DNA from: Proteromonas lacertae
Taxonomy: Eukaryota
Assembly (NCBI GenBank): GCA_002245135.1
Contig: NGBS01000292.1
Span: forward strand, 620,001 to 663,927
Direction of reading: 5' to 3'
Length of the DNA: 43,927 nucleotides
In this document: positions 12,411 to 24,803 of the stretch, one piece after another
How the letters are laid out: each line of letters begins with the position of its first letter
How positions within the stretch are numbered: the stretch's first letter is position 1
The notes under the pieces: model-generated
Seen by the model: the letters and a program-made list of their open reading frames with translations, nothing else
Databases searched by the model: none
Told to the model about the DNA's origin: nothing
Position numbers and translations under genes: made by a program

Positions 12411-14009
12411 AAATATAAATAAATATATATATACTGATCCACGAGGTATTATTGTAGCACTTCGAACTGGTTGAGCTCCTGGAAAGTAAGTGGCTAATAA
12501 TGCATGTCCTGCTTCATGATATCTATTATATTATATATATTATATTATTATTATTATATACGCTGTATTATCTATTACATTCTTTGGAATTATTGCACTT
12601 TTTCTTTCTGTTCCTAATAAGATTTTATCTTCAGCTTTTAAGATATCTTCCATTCGAATTTCTTTACTTTTATTTATATATGCTAATAATGCAGCTTGGT
12701 TTATTATATTCTCTAAATCAGCACCTGTTGCACCTGGAGTTGTATCAGCTAATTCTTTCAAATTTACATCTTCACTTATTCTTTTATTTCGACAATATCT
12801 TTCAATTATCTTTAATCGACCTTCTTTATCTGGTAATGGAACTATTGGAATATAATAATAACAATTTATTATTTACTTTCTAATTGTAAATCAAATCTAC
12901 CTGGTCTTATTAAAGCAGGATCTAATATTTCTTTTAAATTTGTTGCTGCTATTACCAATATTCCATCACTTTCACGAAATCCACCCATTTCTGTCAATAA
13001 TTGATTGATTGTCATTCGATCATATGATTTTGTTCCATTACTATTTCTCTTACCACCTACACTATCTAATTCATCAATAAATATTATAGCAGGAGACTAT
13101 TATATAATATAAATATATAAATAATTAAATATACATGTTCTTTTGCTAATTGAAATAATTTTCGAATTCTTTTTGCACCAACTCCAACATACATTTCATC
13201 AAATTCACTTGCTGTTGCATATAGAAATGTTACATTCGCTTCACCAGCTAATGCTCTTGCTAATAATGTCTTACCACAGCCTGGAGGACCAGATAATAAA
13301 ACACCATGAGGTATGGTTGCTCCTGATTCATATACACTTTTTGGATTCTTTAGATATTTTAATAAAAATGTCATTTCTTCTTTTATATCATCTAATCCTT
13401 CTATATCACTAAATTTAGCTGTTTCACCTTCATGACTTTTTATTGACGATGTTGAATTTGATTCTCTATTCACTGTTTTATAATTTATTACATAAGCAAA
13501 TCCAATAAACATTAAACATCCCAATATCTCTAAAAAATGACTTTGTTTATTTGATTCTATTGAATATAAAGGATTGGTTTTTGTTCCACGAACATTCACT
13601 TTGTCTTTATTTATTCGTAAATCAGTCAAATATATATCACCTGTCTTACATAAAGCTCTTATAAACTCTTTATTTATTAATTCATCACTCAAAGGACTTT
13701 TCAATCGAAGAATCTCAGAATATACAAGACGATATGCTCCAATGTCATTTAATCTCTATTCAATTATCATTAATAACTAAATTAACTCTATTATACTTTA
13801 AAATATTCACTTTGAGCATAATAGTTGTTAATATTTTCATTGATTGCTTTTCTTAAACTCATAGTTCGTAATCTTGGTAAAAAACTAATGAAACGAACAT
13901 TTGGCTTTATTACTGATAGTTTCATTGATTTGATCTATTTTTATAATTACATACTCATAAATATACTGAGTTATTGATATTGATTAACCAATTTACTATT
14001 TCTATACAT
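11932..14009 (-). CDS. FtsH/YME1-type ATP-dependent zinc metalloprotease (probably mitochondrion-related organelle)
   Basis: Single TM segment, Walker A GPPGCGKT, Walker [21 protein letters not shown] zinc motif (~12500-12520), [12 protein letters not shown] and TTGAGSDL. About six short introns. Confidence 0.92.
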
Positions 14010-14011
14010 TC

Positions 14012-14093
14012 TAATTTTTATTTTGAAAAATGAGAATTATCAAGCCAAGTTCAAGCATTTCAATTTTTAATTTCATTTTTATTGTTGATAGAA
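14012..14093 (+). repeat. ~80 bp direct repeat, copy 1 (matches 16488-16570)
   Basis: taatttttattttgaaaa...atcaagccaagttcaagcatttcaatttttaatttcatttttattgttgatagaa aligns by eye with taatttcaattttgaaaa...atcaaaccaagttcaaacattttattttttttaatttcatttttcttgttaatagaa. Confidence 0.8.
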
Positions 14094-14233
14094 GTAATAG
14101 TGTGATGGATTGAAATGAAATACTGATAGTTGATATACTAATAAGTTTATTAAAGATATTTATTTAGCATTTTCAAAATATTGGGTTAATGAAAATTTTC
14201 AAAAAAAATAGAAAGAGCTAATCTTCACATAAG

Positions 14234-16382
14234 ATGGTTATAAAAGAGAATAAAGAAGTTAGAGAAAGAGGGTATGAAATAATATGAATATCTGAAATAG
14301 GTTATGTAGAAAATTAGTAGAAAATGGTTTTGGTGATATAAAAGTCAAGGCGGGAGAAAGTATTATTACCTCAATCAAATCCATTTTGATAAGTGGTAAT
14401 AGAACTTTGAAGAAAGTGATTGAAGATAAAGAATTTAAAGGTATTTTGGAGTTATATGAGGATTGTAGTGAATGTTGCTTTCTGGAAGTAGAGAAATACT
14501 ACAGTGGTGGTGATTTGGATATAAACAGAGAGAATGTATGTGATATATTGATGTTTTGTATGTCATATAATGATGAAGATATATATAATGATTGTATTGA
14601 TTTTATAAAGAATAATGTTGATGATGATATACTGATTAAATTAATTGATATATCACATCGATTTACCTATGGTTTAAAAGAGATTGAAGAGTTGAAAATG
14701 ACTGAATTTGAGAAAAGAGGATATAAATACTTATATAATGGTATATTTTATTATTATAAGAATTGTTTTTATTTATTAATATAAATAGATGAGTATTTAA
14801 TGATGTTAGATATAAACAATCTTAAGAGTTTATTATCTTTCAAGAATGTGATAATTCGAAATGAATTGTGGTTATTAAATCGATTATTAGAATGGTATAA
14901 ACACAAAAGAAGCTGTAACAATAATGATGGATTTTGTTCAATGATTTTAAACATTTGGTTGAAGAACATATAGATGGTAAAATGATCAATGAATGTGAAA
15001 TGAGTGATGAAACTAAAGAGATGTTGAGAGAATTGAATATAGTGTTTAACAAAAACAAATCAATAAAATATATCTGATTTAAACCAAATCAGAGATGAAA
15101 GTATCAAGAACTTAATAATCAACAATTATATTGAGGATGGTGGAATAGAATTTAATGAAGAAGAAAAAGAGATATTAAACCAAACAAAAGAAGAAGAATT
15201 AGATAATATAATATTAAACTTGCTTGAGACAAGAGATGTAATAGTAACAGAGATAGTGTTAATGATAATGAAATATAAAAATGTGAAAGTCGAAAGTATA
15301 AATTATAGAAATATAATGTAATAGAATATATCTCCAATATAGAAAAAAGAGATGTTTTAAGCAAATTATGTGTAGAGTTTAATGAAAGTAAAAGAAATCG
15401 AACATTAAAATGTTTAAGTGTGTTTTTAGAAGATAAAAAGAATGTTTCAGTAATTGAAGATATATGTGGAAAAGAAACACTTTATAGAATATTAAATAAT
15501 GATTATTTAAACTCCAAATCGAAAGAATTATTAATAGAATATATTCAAGAAATGAAAATGAGTGATGAAGAAAAAGAAGAAATGAAGAAAATGATATTTA
15601 ATAAAGAATTATTGAATGAATTAATAATCAAAGAAATCACATCATTTTCATATCCAGAAACAGAATATTCATTCTATGAAGGCGAAGAAATCTCAATAAT
15701 TCCTTCATGTGATGGAGATAAATGTGAATTTTCAGTAAATCCATCCTTACCTGATGGTTTAGTGATTGATAAAGAAAGTGGAATAATTCATGGAATAATC
15801 AAGAATAGTTATGAGAAAACAGTATATGAAATAACCTGTAAGAATATAAAAAATGAAAAGACATTCAAAATCACATTAGAAATTATGGAAGTAAAATTCA
15901 TTAATAATGATAAAAATGATGTTTCAATATTATCAGAGGGTAAAAAAATAACAAAACATGTGGATAGAAGCAGTCTATGTTATTTAAATTTGAAAATGGA
16001 AAGAGGAATTTACCATATAAAATATGTATATCAAAAGAATCTTAGTGATTGTAAGGATTTAATGTATTTAGGTTTATCAACTGATAATATATATTTTACT
16101 CAAACATGTAATTATGTTGTATATACAGGTGCAAGTCAAGATATTGCTTCATATTGTCATATTGGAACAGTTGTTACTAGAAATCCCAATTTTACTCATT
16201 GTTCATCTGATGTAATTTATGAATTGATTGTTGATATGAATAAACATGAATTTTGGATTTCTTGTAATAGTTTACCTCCCAGTTTACTTGTTAAAAATTT
16301 ACCATCTCCATTATATCCATGTGTTATGCTTTTCAATAAAAATACTTCATTAGAACTAAAAGAAGTTAGTCATGAAGATTAA
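14234..16382 (+). CDS. BTB-Ig-SPRY family copy B; frameshifted in the middle (pseudogene or consensus errors)
   Basis: Same exon layout and motifs as copy A (CGKETLYRILNNDYLNSKSKELL, EITSFSYP, PSLPDGLVIDKESGIIHG). Frame breaks at ~14930, ~15075 and ~15310. Confidence 0.75.
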
Positions 16383-16487
16383 ATACTTTATATTCATTAC
16401 TATTCATTATATTTTGATTATATTATATCTGTATTTGTATATTACTATTTCATAATGAAGGAGTTAAATAACTCATTCTATTCATCA

Positions 16488-16570
16488 TAATTTCAATTTT
16501 GAAAATCTATTTTGATCAAACCAAGTTCAAACATTTTATTTTTTTAATTTCATTTTTCTTGTTAATAGAA
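16488..16570 (+). repeat. ~80 bp direct repeat, copy 2; promoter of the 16570 gene
   Basis: Matches 14012-14093; similarity stops exactly at the ATG at 16570. Confidence 0.8.
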
Positions 16571-17661
16571 TGAAGAAAATCAGAGAATATTATGATAAAT
16601 TGAAAGAATATGTTATAATAACATTTTCTTGTGAAATATTTATAGGAATATATTTAACTTGTTTATCAAGTGGTTTATTAAAGCAATATCAAAATCAGCG
16701 AAGTTTAAATATTGAGAGATATAATCTATATGCAAGAAGATGGAATAATTATAAAAGAGATTCTTTCAAACCCTTTCATTTTCGTTATTTCTTTGATGAT
16801 GAAGGTAATGGTTCTTTTCCTTTATGGTATTTCAATAAAACAAGTGATAATGAACCTTATAAAGATCATCAACTTCCACTTGATCCAATAATAATTCCAT
16901 CAGAACCATATTATTATAAATGTGAATATGAGAATGTAAATAATTACACTTCATTAAATTTTAGATTAAAACAATGTTTTAATATTGATTGTAGTAATTC
17001 TTCTCGTCTTTATATCGATAAATTTGAAATACATAAAGTGTTATATGAAAGTCCAAACAATACAAAACTGAATGAAAAAGAGTTAAAAGAAAAATGTGTA
17101 AAAGAAAATGGTAAATGGCTAAATGAGAATTCAACTTGTATAAGTGATTTATATTTATCAAATATATGTTATCGCGTATTAATAAAAGCTGAATTTTATG
17201 CTATTCCTGACACTTATAGAGCTAGACCAAAGAATCATGCTTATCATGATAAAATGGGATGTTATTTTAATGATGGAAATTTCTCTCCAGCTACTTATAT
17301 ATCTAATAATAATAATAATACAATAACATTAGAAGTAAGACATTATGATGATCCACGAATAGTATGTGAAGATATAAGTGAAGGATGTACAAGTAAATCA
17401 GAAAAAGATGGAAATTGTTTTGGAAATCAAGATAAAATCCCTCAATTTATCTATTTACTGATATTTTCAATAGTTATTGATGTATTGATATTGTTTCATA
17501 TTTTATATTACATCTTTGACCAAAAGAGAAGAAAACAAAAACTAATTCCAATTTCAACCTCTCCAGAAATACTAATTGAAGAAATGAAGATAATGTATAA
17601 TAGAGTAAATAATAATAATTTAATATGTTTAAAATGTTTAATTCAAAATAGATTTGAATAA
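16570..17661 (+). CDS. Uncharacterised two-TM protein with a Cys-rich lumenal/extracellular loop
   Basis: 363 aa ORF with hydrophobic helices near both ends (IITFSCEIFIGIYLTCL; FIYLLIFSIVIDVLILFHILYYIF), many Cys and several NxS/T sequons between them. Confidence 0.7.
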   Translation: MKKIREYYDKLKEYVIITFSCEIFIGIYLTCLSSGLLKQYQNQRSLNIERYNLYARRWNNYKRDSFKPFHFRYFFDDEGNGSFPLWYFNKTSDNEPYKDHQLPLDPIIIPSEPYYYKCEYENVNNYTSLNFRLKQCFNIDCSNSSRLYIDKFEIHKVLYESPNNTKLNEKELKEKCVKENGKWLNENSTCISDLYLSNICYRVLIKAEFYAIPDTYRARPKNHAYHDKMGCYFNDGNFSPATYISNNNNNTITLEVRHYDDPRIVCEDISEGCTSKSEKDGNCFGNQDKIPQFIYLLIFSIVIDVLILFHILYYIFDQKRRKQKLIPISTSPEILIEEMKIMYNRVNNNNLICLKCLIQNRFE

Positions 17662-17711
17662 TAGTTTGATAAAGCTTGATTTTAAAATTTGAAATATCTC
17701 TTAACCTAGGA

Positions 17712-19971
17712 ATGCAAATGAGCTATTATAACCAAATATCAAACAATCTAGAAGAAAATGATTGTTTTGAAATTCAATATTATTTGTATGATCAATATTT
17801 AGATAATTTATAGATCCCTTTTAGAAAATGAAATAGATCAAATCTCATTAAATAGTTCATACTTAGATTTAAAAGAATTTTCCAACCATATTGAAAGAAT
17901 ATCCAAATTGGTGAAAATCTCTCCTTCCACCCTAACCAAGAAAGATAATGAGATAATAAAATACTTGTGTGAAATATTAAATGTATAAACTAATGATATT
18001 AATATATATATTAAATAGAATATAAGTGAAACAACAAATATATTGTATTTCTTTTGTATTTTATAAGATGAATAGAAATAATGAAGAAATGAGATTTCGA
18101 AAAGAGAAAGAGAATAAATATACAAAAGAAATGAATGAAATAATAGATGAACTAAAAGAATGGATAGAAAAAACAATCTATATTCCAAATAATATTTCTT
18201 CTTCTTTATTAGATGAAATAAAAACTGAATATGAAATAAAGAGAAGAGAATTAGTGAATTATATGAAAGTGTATTATAAATTAATGGAATTATCAAATTT
18301 AATTTGTACATTGAATAATATAATGAATGACAATCGATTATTATGTGAAAAATATAAAGATCAATTTTCAACAATAATAATATATCATAAGAATCACAAT
18401 ATAAAGAATAGTATAATAGAAGAAGTAAATGGAATAATAAAGAGATGTAAAGAGATGATAAATGAATTATTAATAATAAGTGAACTATATAAGAGAATAG
18501 AAGAATCAATGTATATATGAAATAGAAAATATTATTGAATAATAGAAAAGAAATAGAAAGAAGATATGTGAATAATGAAGTAATAAATGAAGAATTAGAA
18601 AGATATCGAAATATATTCAAAGATATATATTCAATAGAAGAGTTAAATATAATGTTAAATGAGTTAATGGAAATAAACAAAAACATAAGAGAAAGTGAGA
18701 ATAAGATATTAACATTAAAACCATATTTGTATGAAAATATATTTATTATTAATATAAATATAAATAGTAAATTAATATCAGAGTTATTTGACAAAATTCC
18801 ATTATCTTTATCATTCCAATTGAAGAAAGAATATGAGAATTACAGAAAGTATATTTCAACAGATTTATGTAATAATAATAATATGAATAATATAACCAAG
18901 AGATTACATTCAACAATCAATGAATTAAAAGTATAAATAAATGATATTTTTGTATAGATAGTGTATAAAAACTATAACAATGAAAAATGTAAGATGTTTA
19001 ACAAGATAAAAGAATCAATAAGAAGAATAAAACTCTCAATAAATCGATTAGAATCTTGTAATTTAAAGAATATGAAAGACTTGACAAATGATGTAAATTC
19101 AGTGATTGAATGGTTTAATGATAATTTTAATAAGAATATAGAATTGAATGATATAAAAGAAATAGATATATTGTTAGGACAAATATGAAGTATTATTGTA
19201 TATTTGTTAATGATATGAATAGAATTCAATGATAATGTGTAATACTTGTTATAACATAAAGATATTATTGTATATATATATATATGTGAATCATATTGAA
19301 TAGAGATGAATATAAACAATTATTGAATAATTTACCCAATAATGAGAGATATAAAAATGAAAAGATTTATAATGAGATATTATCATTATACAAATCAAAC
19401 ACAATGAATTATTCATCCATATATAAAAGAATGGATAAGAGATTGAAAGAAATGAAAGTGTCAATAAAACAATACAACCAACAGAAACATCAATTATATC
19501 TTTTATATTCACAGTTAATGTATAAAATAATGTTATTATAAATGAATAGACAAATGTGTAAATTTGAATTAGAATCAATAGAGAAATATTATAATATAAG
19601 TATATATGTGAATATAATAAATGAGAGAAGTGATAATTTTAAGAATTGTATATATCAATCATGTTCCTTAGATGTATTACATGAAGAAATAAAAAGAATT
19701 CAAAATATATCTGATATAATAGTTGAATATTATAACTATTCACAAATATTAGATAAAATGTATATATTATATTAATATATATCAATGTAATAGTGATAAA
19801 ATCAAATCTTATGAATGTAATAGTGGTAAAGAGAGTAATGAGTATTATTTAGAGTTGATAGAAATGGAGAATGAATTGAAGAATGTAAGAAATAAAGAAG
19901 AAATTGAAAATATGGATATAGAGTCAATGAATGAAAGAATGAATAAGATATTAATAAGTTTAATAAAATAA
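17712..19971 (+). CDS. Uncharacterised multi-exon helical/coiled-coil protein
   Basis: Starts MQMSYYNQISNNLEEN. A chain of E/K/N/I-rich exons is separated by GTAT..ATAG introns. One extra A at ~19176 relative to the right-arm copy breaks the frame. Confidence 0.6.
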
Positions 19972-20092
19972 TAATAGTATTAGTTAATGAAAGTGTGTAT
20001 TTGATGAATAAAAAAGAAAAAAATGAAAAAGAAACGAATCAATTTTTAGAATAATTTTTGATCAAGCCAAATCATTTGAATTTTTATTAAAA

Positions 20093-22270
20093 ATGAGTGA
20101 AAAGAAAGAGTTTGGAGGTGATAGATTATATTATAGTGATTCAATAGATACTAATTGTTCATTTGAAAAAGCTGTATTGAGTGAAGATGGTTTAATTAGT
20201 ATTTCAAAGTTAGAAGATGAGAGTGATGGTTATGACATATTCACAGGTGATAAGATCCATGACAAAATATTTTCAATAAAATATTCCCCTTATGGAGATC
20301 GTTTGTTGTTAGTTTGTTTAAGTGAGTTATACTATATCCAATTACCGGTGAAAATGAATATGAAAAAAGAAATGAAAGAGAATGAGATAAAAATAAATCG
20401 TTTAATCCTTCCTGATGCTGCTGCTGTTAAAATTTTGAAAGTGTTATGGTATCCATATTCGAATAACAATATAATTGTCTTAAGAGATGATAATAGTTTA
20501 TGTTTCTTCAATGTAAATGAATCAAATGAATATATATTCAGTTTAAACTTACAAAATTATATGAATAATATAAATGATAAAATGATGAATTTTACATTTG
20601 GTTCAAATCATTTATGGGATAAATATACAATGTATTTGATGAACCAAAATGGTGAAATCTATTATATATGTGGAATAATTCCTCCAGGTTTAGAATTAAA
20701 TAAGAGTGAATTAAGTGAATTAGAGAAAGAATATGAAGATGATTATTTAACAATAATCTTCATAAAACAATGGCAAGAAAGATCATTATTATTAAGAAAG
20801 TATAATATATATATATATATATATATATAACATTTATGATGAAAATAGAAGTAATTATTCAAAGAAATTATATAAAGATTTCTATGAGACAATAGCATTA
20901 GTTAAAATGGTAAGTGATGAAAGAAGTTGGATATTAAAAGATGATATTTGTAGTGATATAATGGTATTAAGTGATGTTCCAATTCCAATAATTGTTCGAT
21001 TATTTGAAAGTGGTTATTGTGATTTTATTTCAAGTTTGTTATATCCAAAACCAAAATTTCATTATAATAAGAATAATGATAAAATGAATGAGATGATATG
21101 TTATATAATAGAAATAATTGAATTATCATCATCTGATAAAAATAATATTAATCACTATAAAAGTCAAATAAAATATGATATGTTAAATGCAAATCGATTA
21201 TTTATATTAAATAAATCCATAATATATCATATTGATATAAAATGGTTTAATGATTTATTGGAGATGTTAAATGATTCAATATCTCCATGTCGAACAAGAA
21301 TAACGATAGATGATTTTGAATCTAGTAAAATCTATCCATTAAATGATAATGCTGAATCAAATGAGATAAGTGGTTTAAGTATAGTGAATAATCCATTAAG
21401 TGGTTCAATGATAATATATCATGAAAATAATAGTCGAATATATAAATTACATTATTATACAGTTTGTGGAACTTATATAGATCCAATCGAACAGATAAAT
21501 ATCGAATTAGAATTTAATGAGAAATTCTCAACGAATGAATCAAACAGTTTGAGTAAAATGTTAGAATCAATAGAAGCAATCAAATTGATAGAATCTTCGA
21601 AATGTAAATCTAGTGAAATATGTGTAAAAGTGTTAAATGATTTATTATTAGAAACTGAAGTATAATATAATATAATATAATAATTATATAAATAGAAGAA
21701 TCAATTTATGAAATTATGGAGTTTTTATGTGAATTATGAGAATAAATTAATGTATATAAATAACAGTTATAATGATTTAATGAAAGAAAGAAATGGATTG
21801 ATAGAGATGATGAATGATACAATCGATAATCATAATCAAATACAAAATGAGTATAAATATAATAATATATATAATATATATATAGTATTGATGATATTGT
21901 AGAATATCAAAATCATTTACAGAATCGTTTAAATGGAATATGTAAAGTATAAATATAATAATAATAATAATTTATATAAAATATGAAATAGATGATAAAT
22001 GAAATACCATCTGAAAGTTCCAAAATAAACTTCAAAGAAATAGAAGAAATGAAATTACAAATAGATAATGTTTATAAATCCAAAGTGAGTTATTTAGAAA
22101 ATGAATGTAAATCATTAAAAGAGATGAGATATCCGATATTAAGTAAAGAATCTTCAAATAACAGTGAATATCTTGAAGAAATTCTGAACAAATCTGAAGA
22201 GAAGATAGAGAAACTGTTGAAACTGAGTCAAAGTCTTCAATTGACAATTCACAATATGATAAAAACGTAG
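20093..22270 (+). CDS. NUP88: Nucleoporin Nup88/Nup82-like
   Basis: Beta-propeller motifs ILKVLWYPYSNNNIIVLRDDNSLCFFNV and FTFGSNHLWDKYTMYLMNQNGEIYYICGIIP, plus C-terminal coiled-coil exons. Confidence 0.7.
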
Positions 22271-22358
22271 ATTCTATTAATTGCTATGATTTCTTAAAAA
22301 TTGGTGTTTGAAAATATGTTTGAGTTTAATAAAAAAGCTTGATTTTAAAAAATAAAAA

Positions 22359-23744
22359 ATGCAGCTAAGTGATGTTTTGAACATCTCAAACCCCTATTCA
22401 GAACCTTCACAGCTTTATTTGACACCATGTGAACAGAATAATAATATAATTGAGACTAAAACAAGAGAAATACCGTTTCAATTCAAAGCCAATAAAGAAG
22501 CTTTACCTCCAATCATGCCTACTAGATGGTCTAACAATTTGGTACAAGAAATGAAAGATATTCCAGTAGAAAAGTGGAAGTGGACTTCATTTCGTAATAT
22601 TGCCAGAAAAGATCACTTAGAATTACATCATTGGGAAAAAATGTCAAGACCACAATCACATTATCAATTTGCCGAATATAATAAATACATAGAAGCAATT
22701 CATTATGGAGATGATGAATATCAAGAATGTATATCAAGTGATGGATGGACAAAAGAACAAACTGATCATTTATTTGAGTTATGTAATAAATATGACTTAC
22801 GATGGCCAGTAATTTGCGATCGCTACTCTCTATTGCCATATAGAACAGAAGAAGAGTGTAAATATAGATATTACAGTGTGTGTAAGAAAATATTAACCCA
22901 TCGAAAGATGAGAAACTTTACTTTAACTCCGTTTGAAGAATCTATAGTTAGTTATGAATATGATGAAGAATATGATAAAGAAAGAAATGGTGAATATGAT
23001 AAACTATTCAAAATCTCCAAATTAGATGAATTAGAAATACACAAATTAGAAAATGAGTTAAATATAATCGAATGTTTGATAAGAGAGATAGTTTATGGTG
23101 ATATGGGAAATAATTCAAACTCTATTATATCATCATCCAATAATGGTAATAATAATAAATCATTTAATAAAAGACATAGGAATATCAAATCATCTTCTAT
23201 AATTGATGAATTTATAACTGATTCTGAATTGAATGAATATATCAAAAATCCAAATAATTTGTTATTATATCAACCTATGTCTCAACAACAACAACAACAG
23301 AATCCACAACAGAATCAACCAAATCAACAACAATTACAACCTGGAGTTAGTTTAAGAAGTCAACGATTTGAAGTTACTGTATTTATTGTTAGATTATATT
23401 ATTGTTAGTCTGGTAAATCTGGTGTATTAAGTAGTATATTGAAAGTAGTTCAAAGTATAATGAGTGAATTGGGAATACCTCCAAAGATGACAATGGCAAC
23501 AGATAAAATCTGTAATTTGTATGATCAAATAAAACAAAAGACAATAAAATTGATTGTATTACAAAGACATGTTGGATTAAGAGAGAATGCATTGATGCAA
23601 GCTGAAGAATCCCAAAATCAAAATCAGAATATAGAAGCTGTATATATATATATATTTATTTATTTAATTATTTAATGATTTCTATAGAAGAAGAGAAAAC
23701 CACCTCCATTGAATAAACCTCGTAAGAAGATAAGACAACAATGA
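22359..23744 (+). CDS. SWC4/DMAP1-like paralog B1 with N/Q-rich insert
   Basis: WKWTSFRNIARKDHLELHHW, WTKEQTDHLFELCNKYDLRWPVICDRY, GVSLRSQR, ELGIPPKMTMATDKICNLYDQ; last exon KKRKPPPLNKPRKKIRQQ. Confidence 0.85.
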
Positions 23745-23812
23745 TAATTTATATATACTAATTATGTTTTATTGTTTTTATTTTTAAATTCAAAAAATAT
23801 ATTCGTTACTGA

Positions 23813-24568
23813 ATGTCTTTTTTTTCTCATTCTTCATCATTTAATTATCAAACAATCAGAATTGCTATTGCTGGAGATTCTGGTATAATAAATGAACAAT
23901 ATAATGAAACTAGGAGTAGGAAAAAGTACAATATGCAAGAATAATATCACATGATGAATCATACGATGCATTAACACCTACAAATGGTTGTAGTACCTTA
24001 GTGTTTGTATAATATATAAAAATATAAAGTGTAGTTACACAATTATGACTTAAATGGTGCAAATCAATCATTCTATGTAGAAGTGATTGATATAGGAGGT
24101 CATCCTAGTTACCAATTTTGTAGAAGAATACTATATACAAAGATAGATGGTATAGAAGCTTGTATTTTTCATAAATAGCTTTAATACTTGTATATGATGT
24201 ATCAAACTCCAAATCCTATTACAATCTGCATGGTTGGATAAATGAAATAGAAGATAGTAGAAAGAGTGAAGGCTATAACAAAGTGATAGAAAAATGGGAT
24301 AATTATTGGATTCCTGTGAATGTAAGATCTAGATTTAAACATATACAACAACAAGAAGAAGAACAACGGAATAATAATCACAGATCCTTTAATGAATATT
24401 CCAGTGATAGTAATAGGGAATAAGAGTGATTTAGTGAAAGAAATAAATGAAGAATTTGATTGTTGGAAAGATTATTGTATTAATAGTATAAATTATAATA
24501 AAGATAAAGATAATGAAGAAATATATAAGTTTATTGAGAGTGTGTTTGAAAGTAAGTTTGTGTGTTGA
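23813..24568 (+). CDS. Rab-like small GTPase (RABL3-like), left copy with two frameshifts
   Basis: IAIAGDSG/VGKST (intron 23883-23913), PTNGC, FYVEVIDIGG, LILVYDVSN, IPVIVIGNKSD. Extra T at 23942 and 24385 relative to the right copy. Confidence 0.75.
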
Positions 24569-24803
24569 ATATTAATTTAACTATTACATCCTTTATACTT
24601 TAATGAATAATAATTTAAATAAATGAATTTCTCTGTAAATCTAATCCAACAATGAAAAGTGAGAATCTATTAGTTTTATTATATAATTGTTTATTTATAT
24701 ATGTATTACTCAACGCTTTGTTTAATTTAGAGAAAAATGTCTTTATAAAAATAAACTTGAGAGGAATCAAGCCTACATTGTTTTATTTTTTGATATTGAA
24801 ATA

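Larger units (their letters stand above)
15598..24625 (+). repeat. Left arm of large inverted duplication
   Basis: Reverse complement of 34924-43927. The ORF translations are almost identical pairwise; inner similarity ends after ...aataatttaaataaatg at 24625/34924. Confidence 0.95.

Noticed and set aside
12381..12434. (AAAT)n/(TA)n tract as telomeric or CRISPR-like array
   Set aside because: A simple microsatellite inside an FtsH intron, with no spacers.
12099..13780. Several plus-strand ORFs opposite FtsH
   Set aside because: Antisense shadows with no motifs; the same applies to most 60-130 aa ORFs overlapping called genes.
17838..18794. 318 aa hydrophobic minus-strand ORF (and its 264 aa mirror at 40740-41534)
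   Set aside because: Antisense shadow of A-rich coding exons. It has an F/L/I/S composition and a different end in the other arm, while the splice signals are on the opposite strand.
20800..20848. Possible non-canonical GT-AA intron in Nup88
   Set aside because: A canonical AG at 20847-20848 restores the frame.
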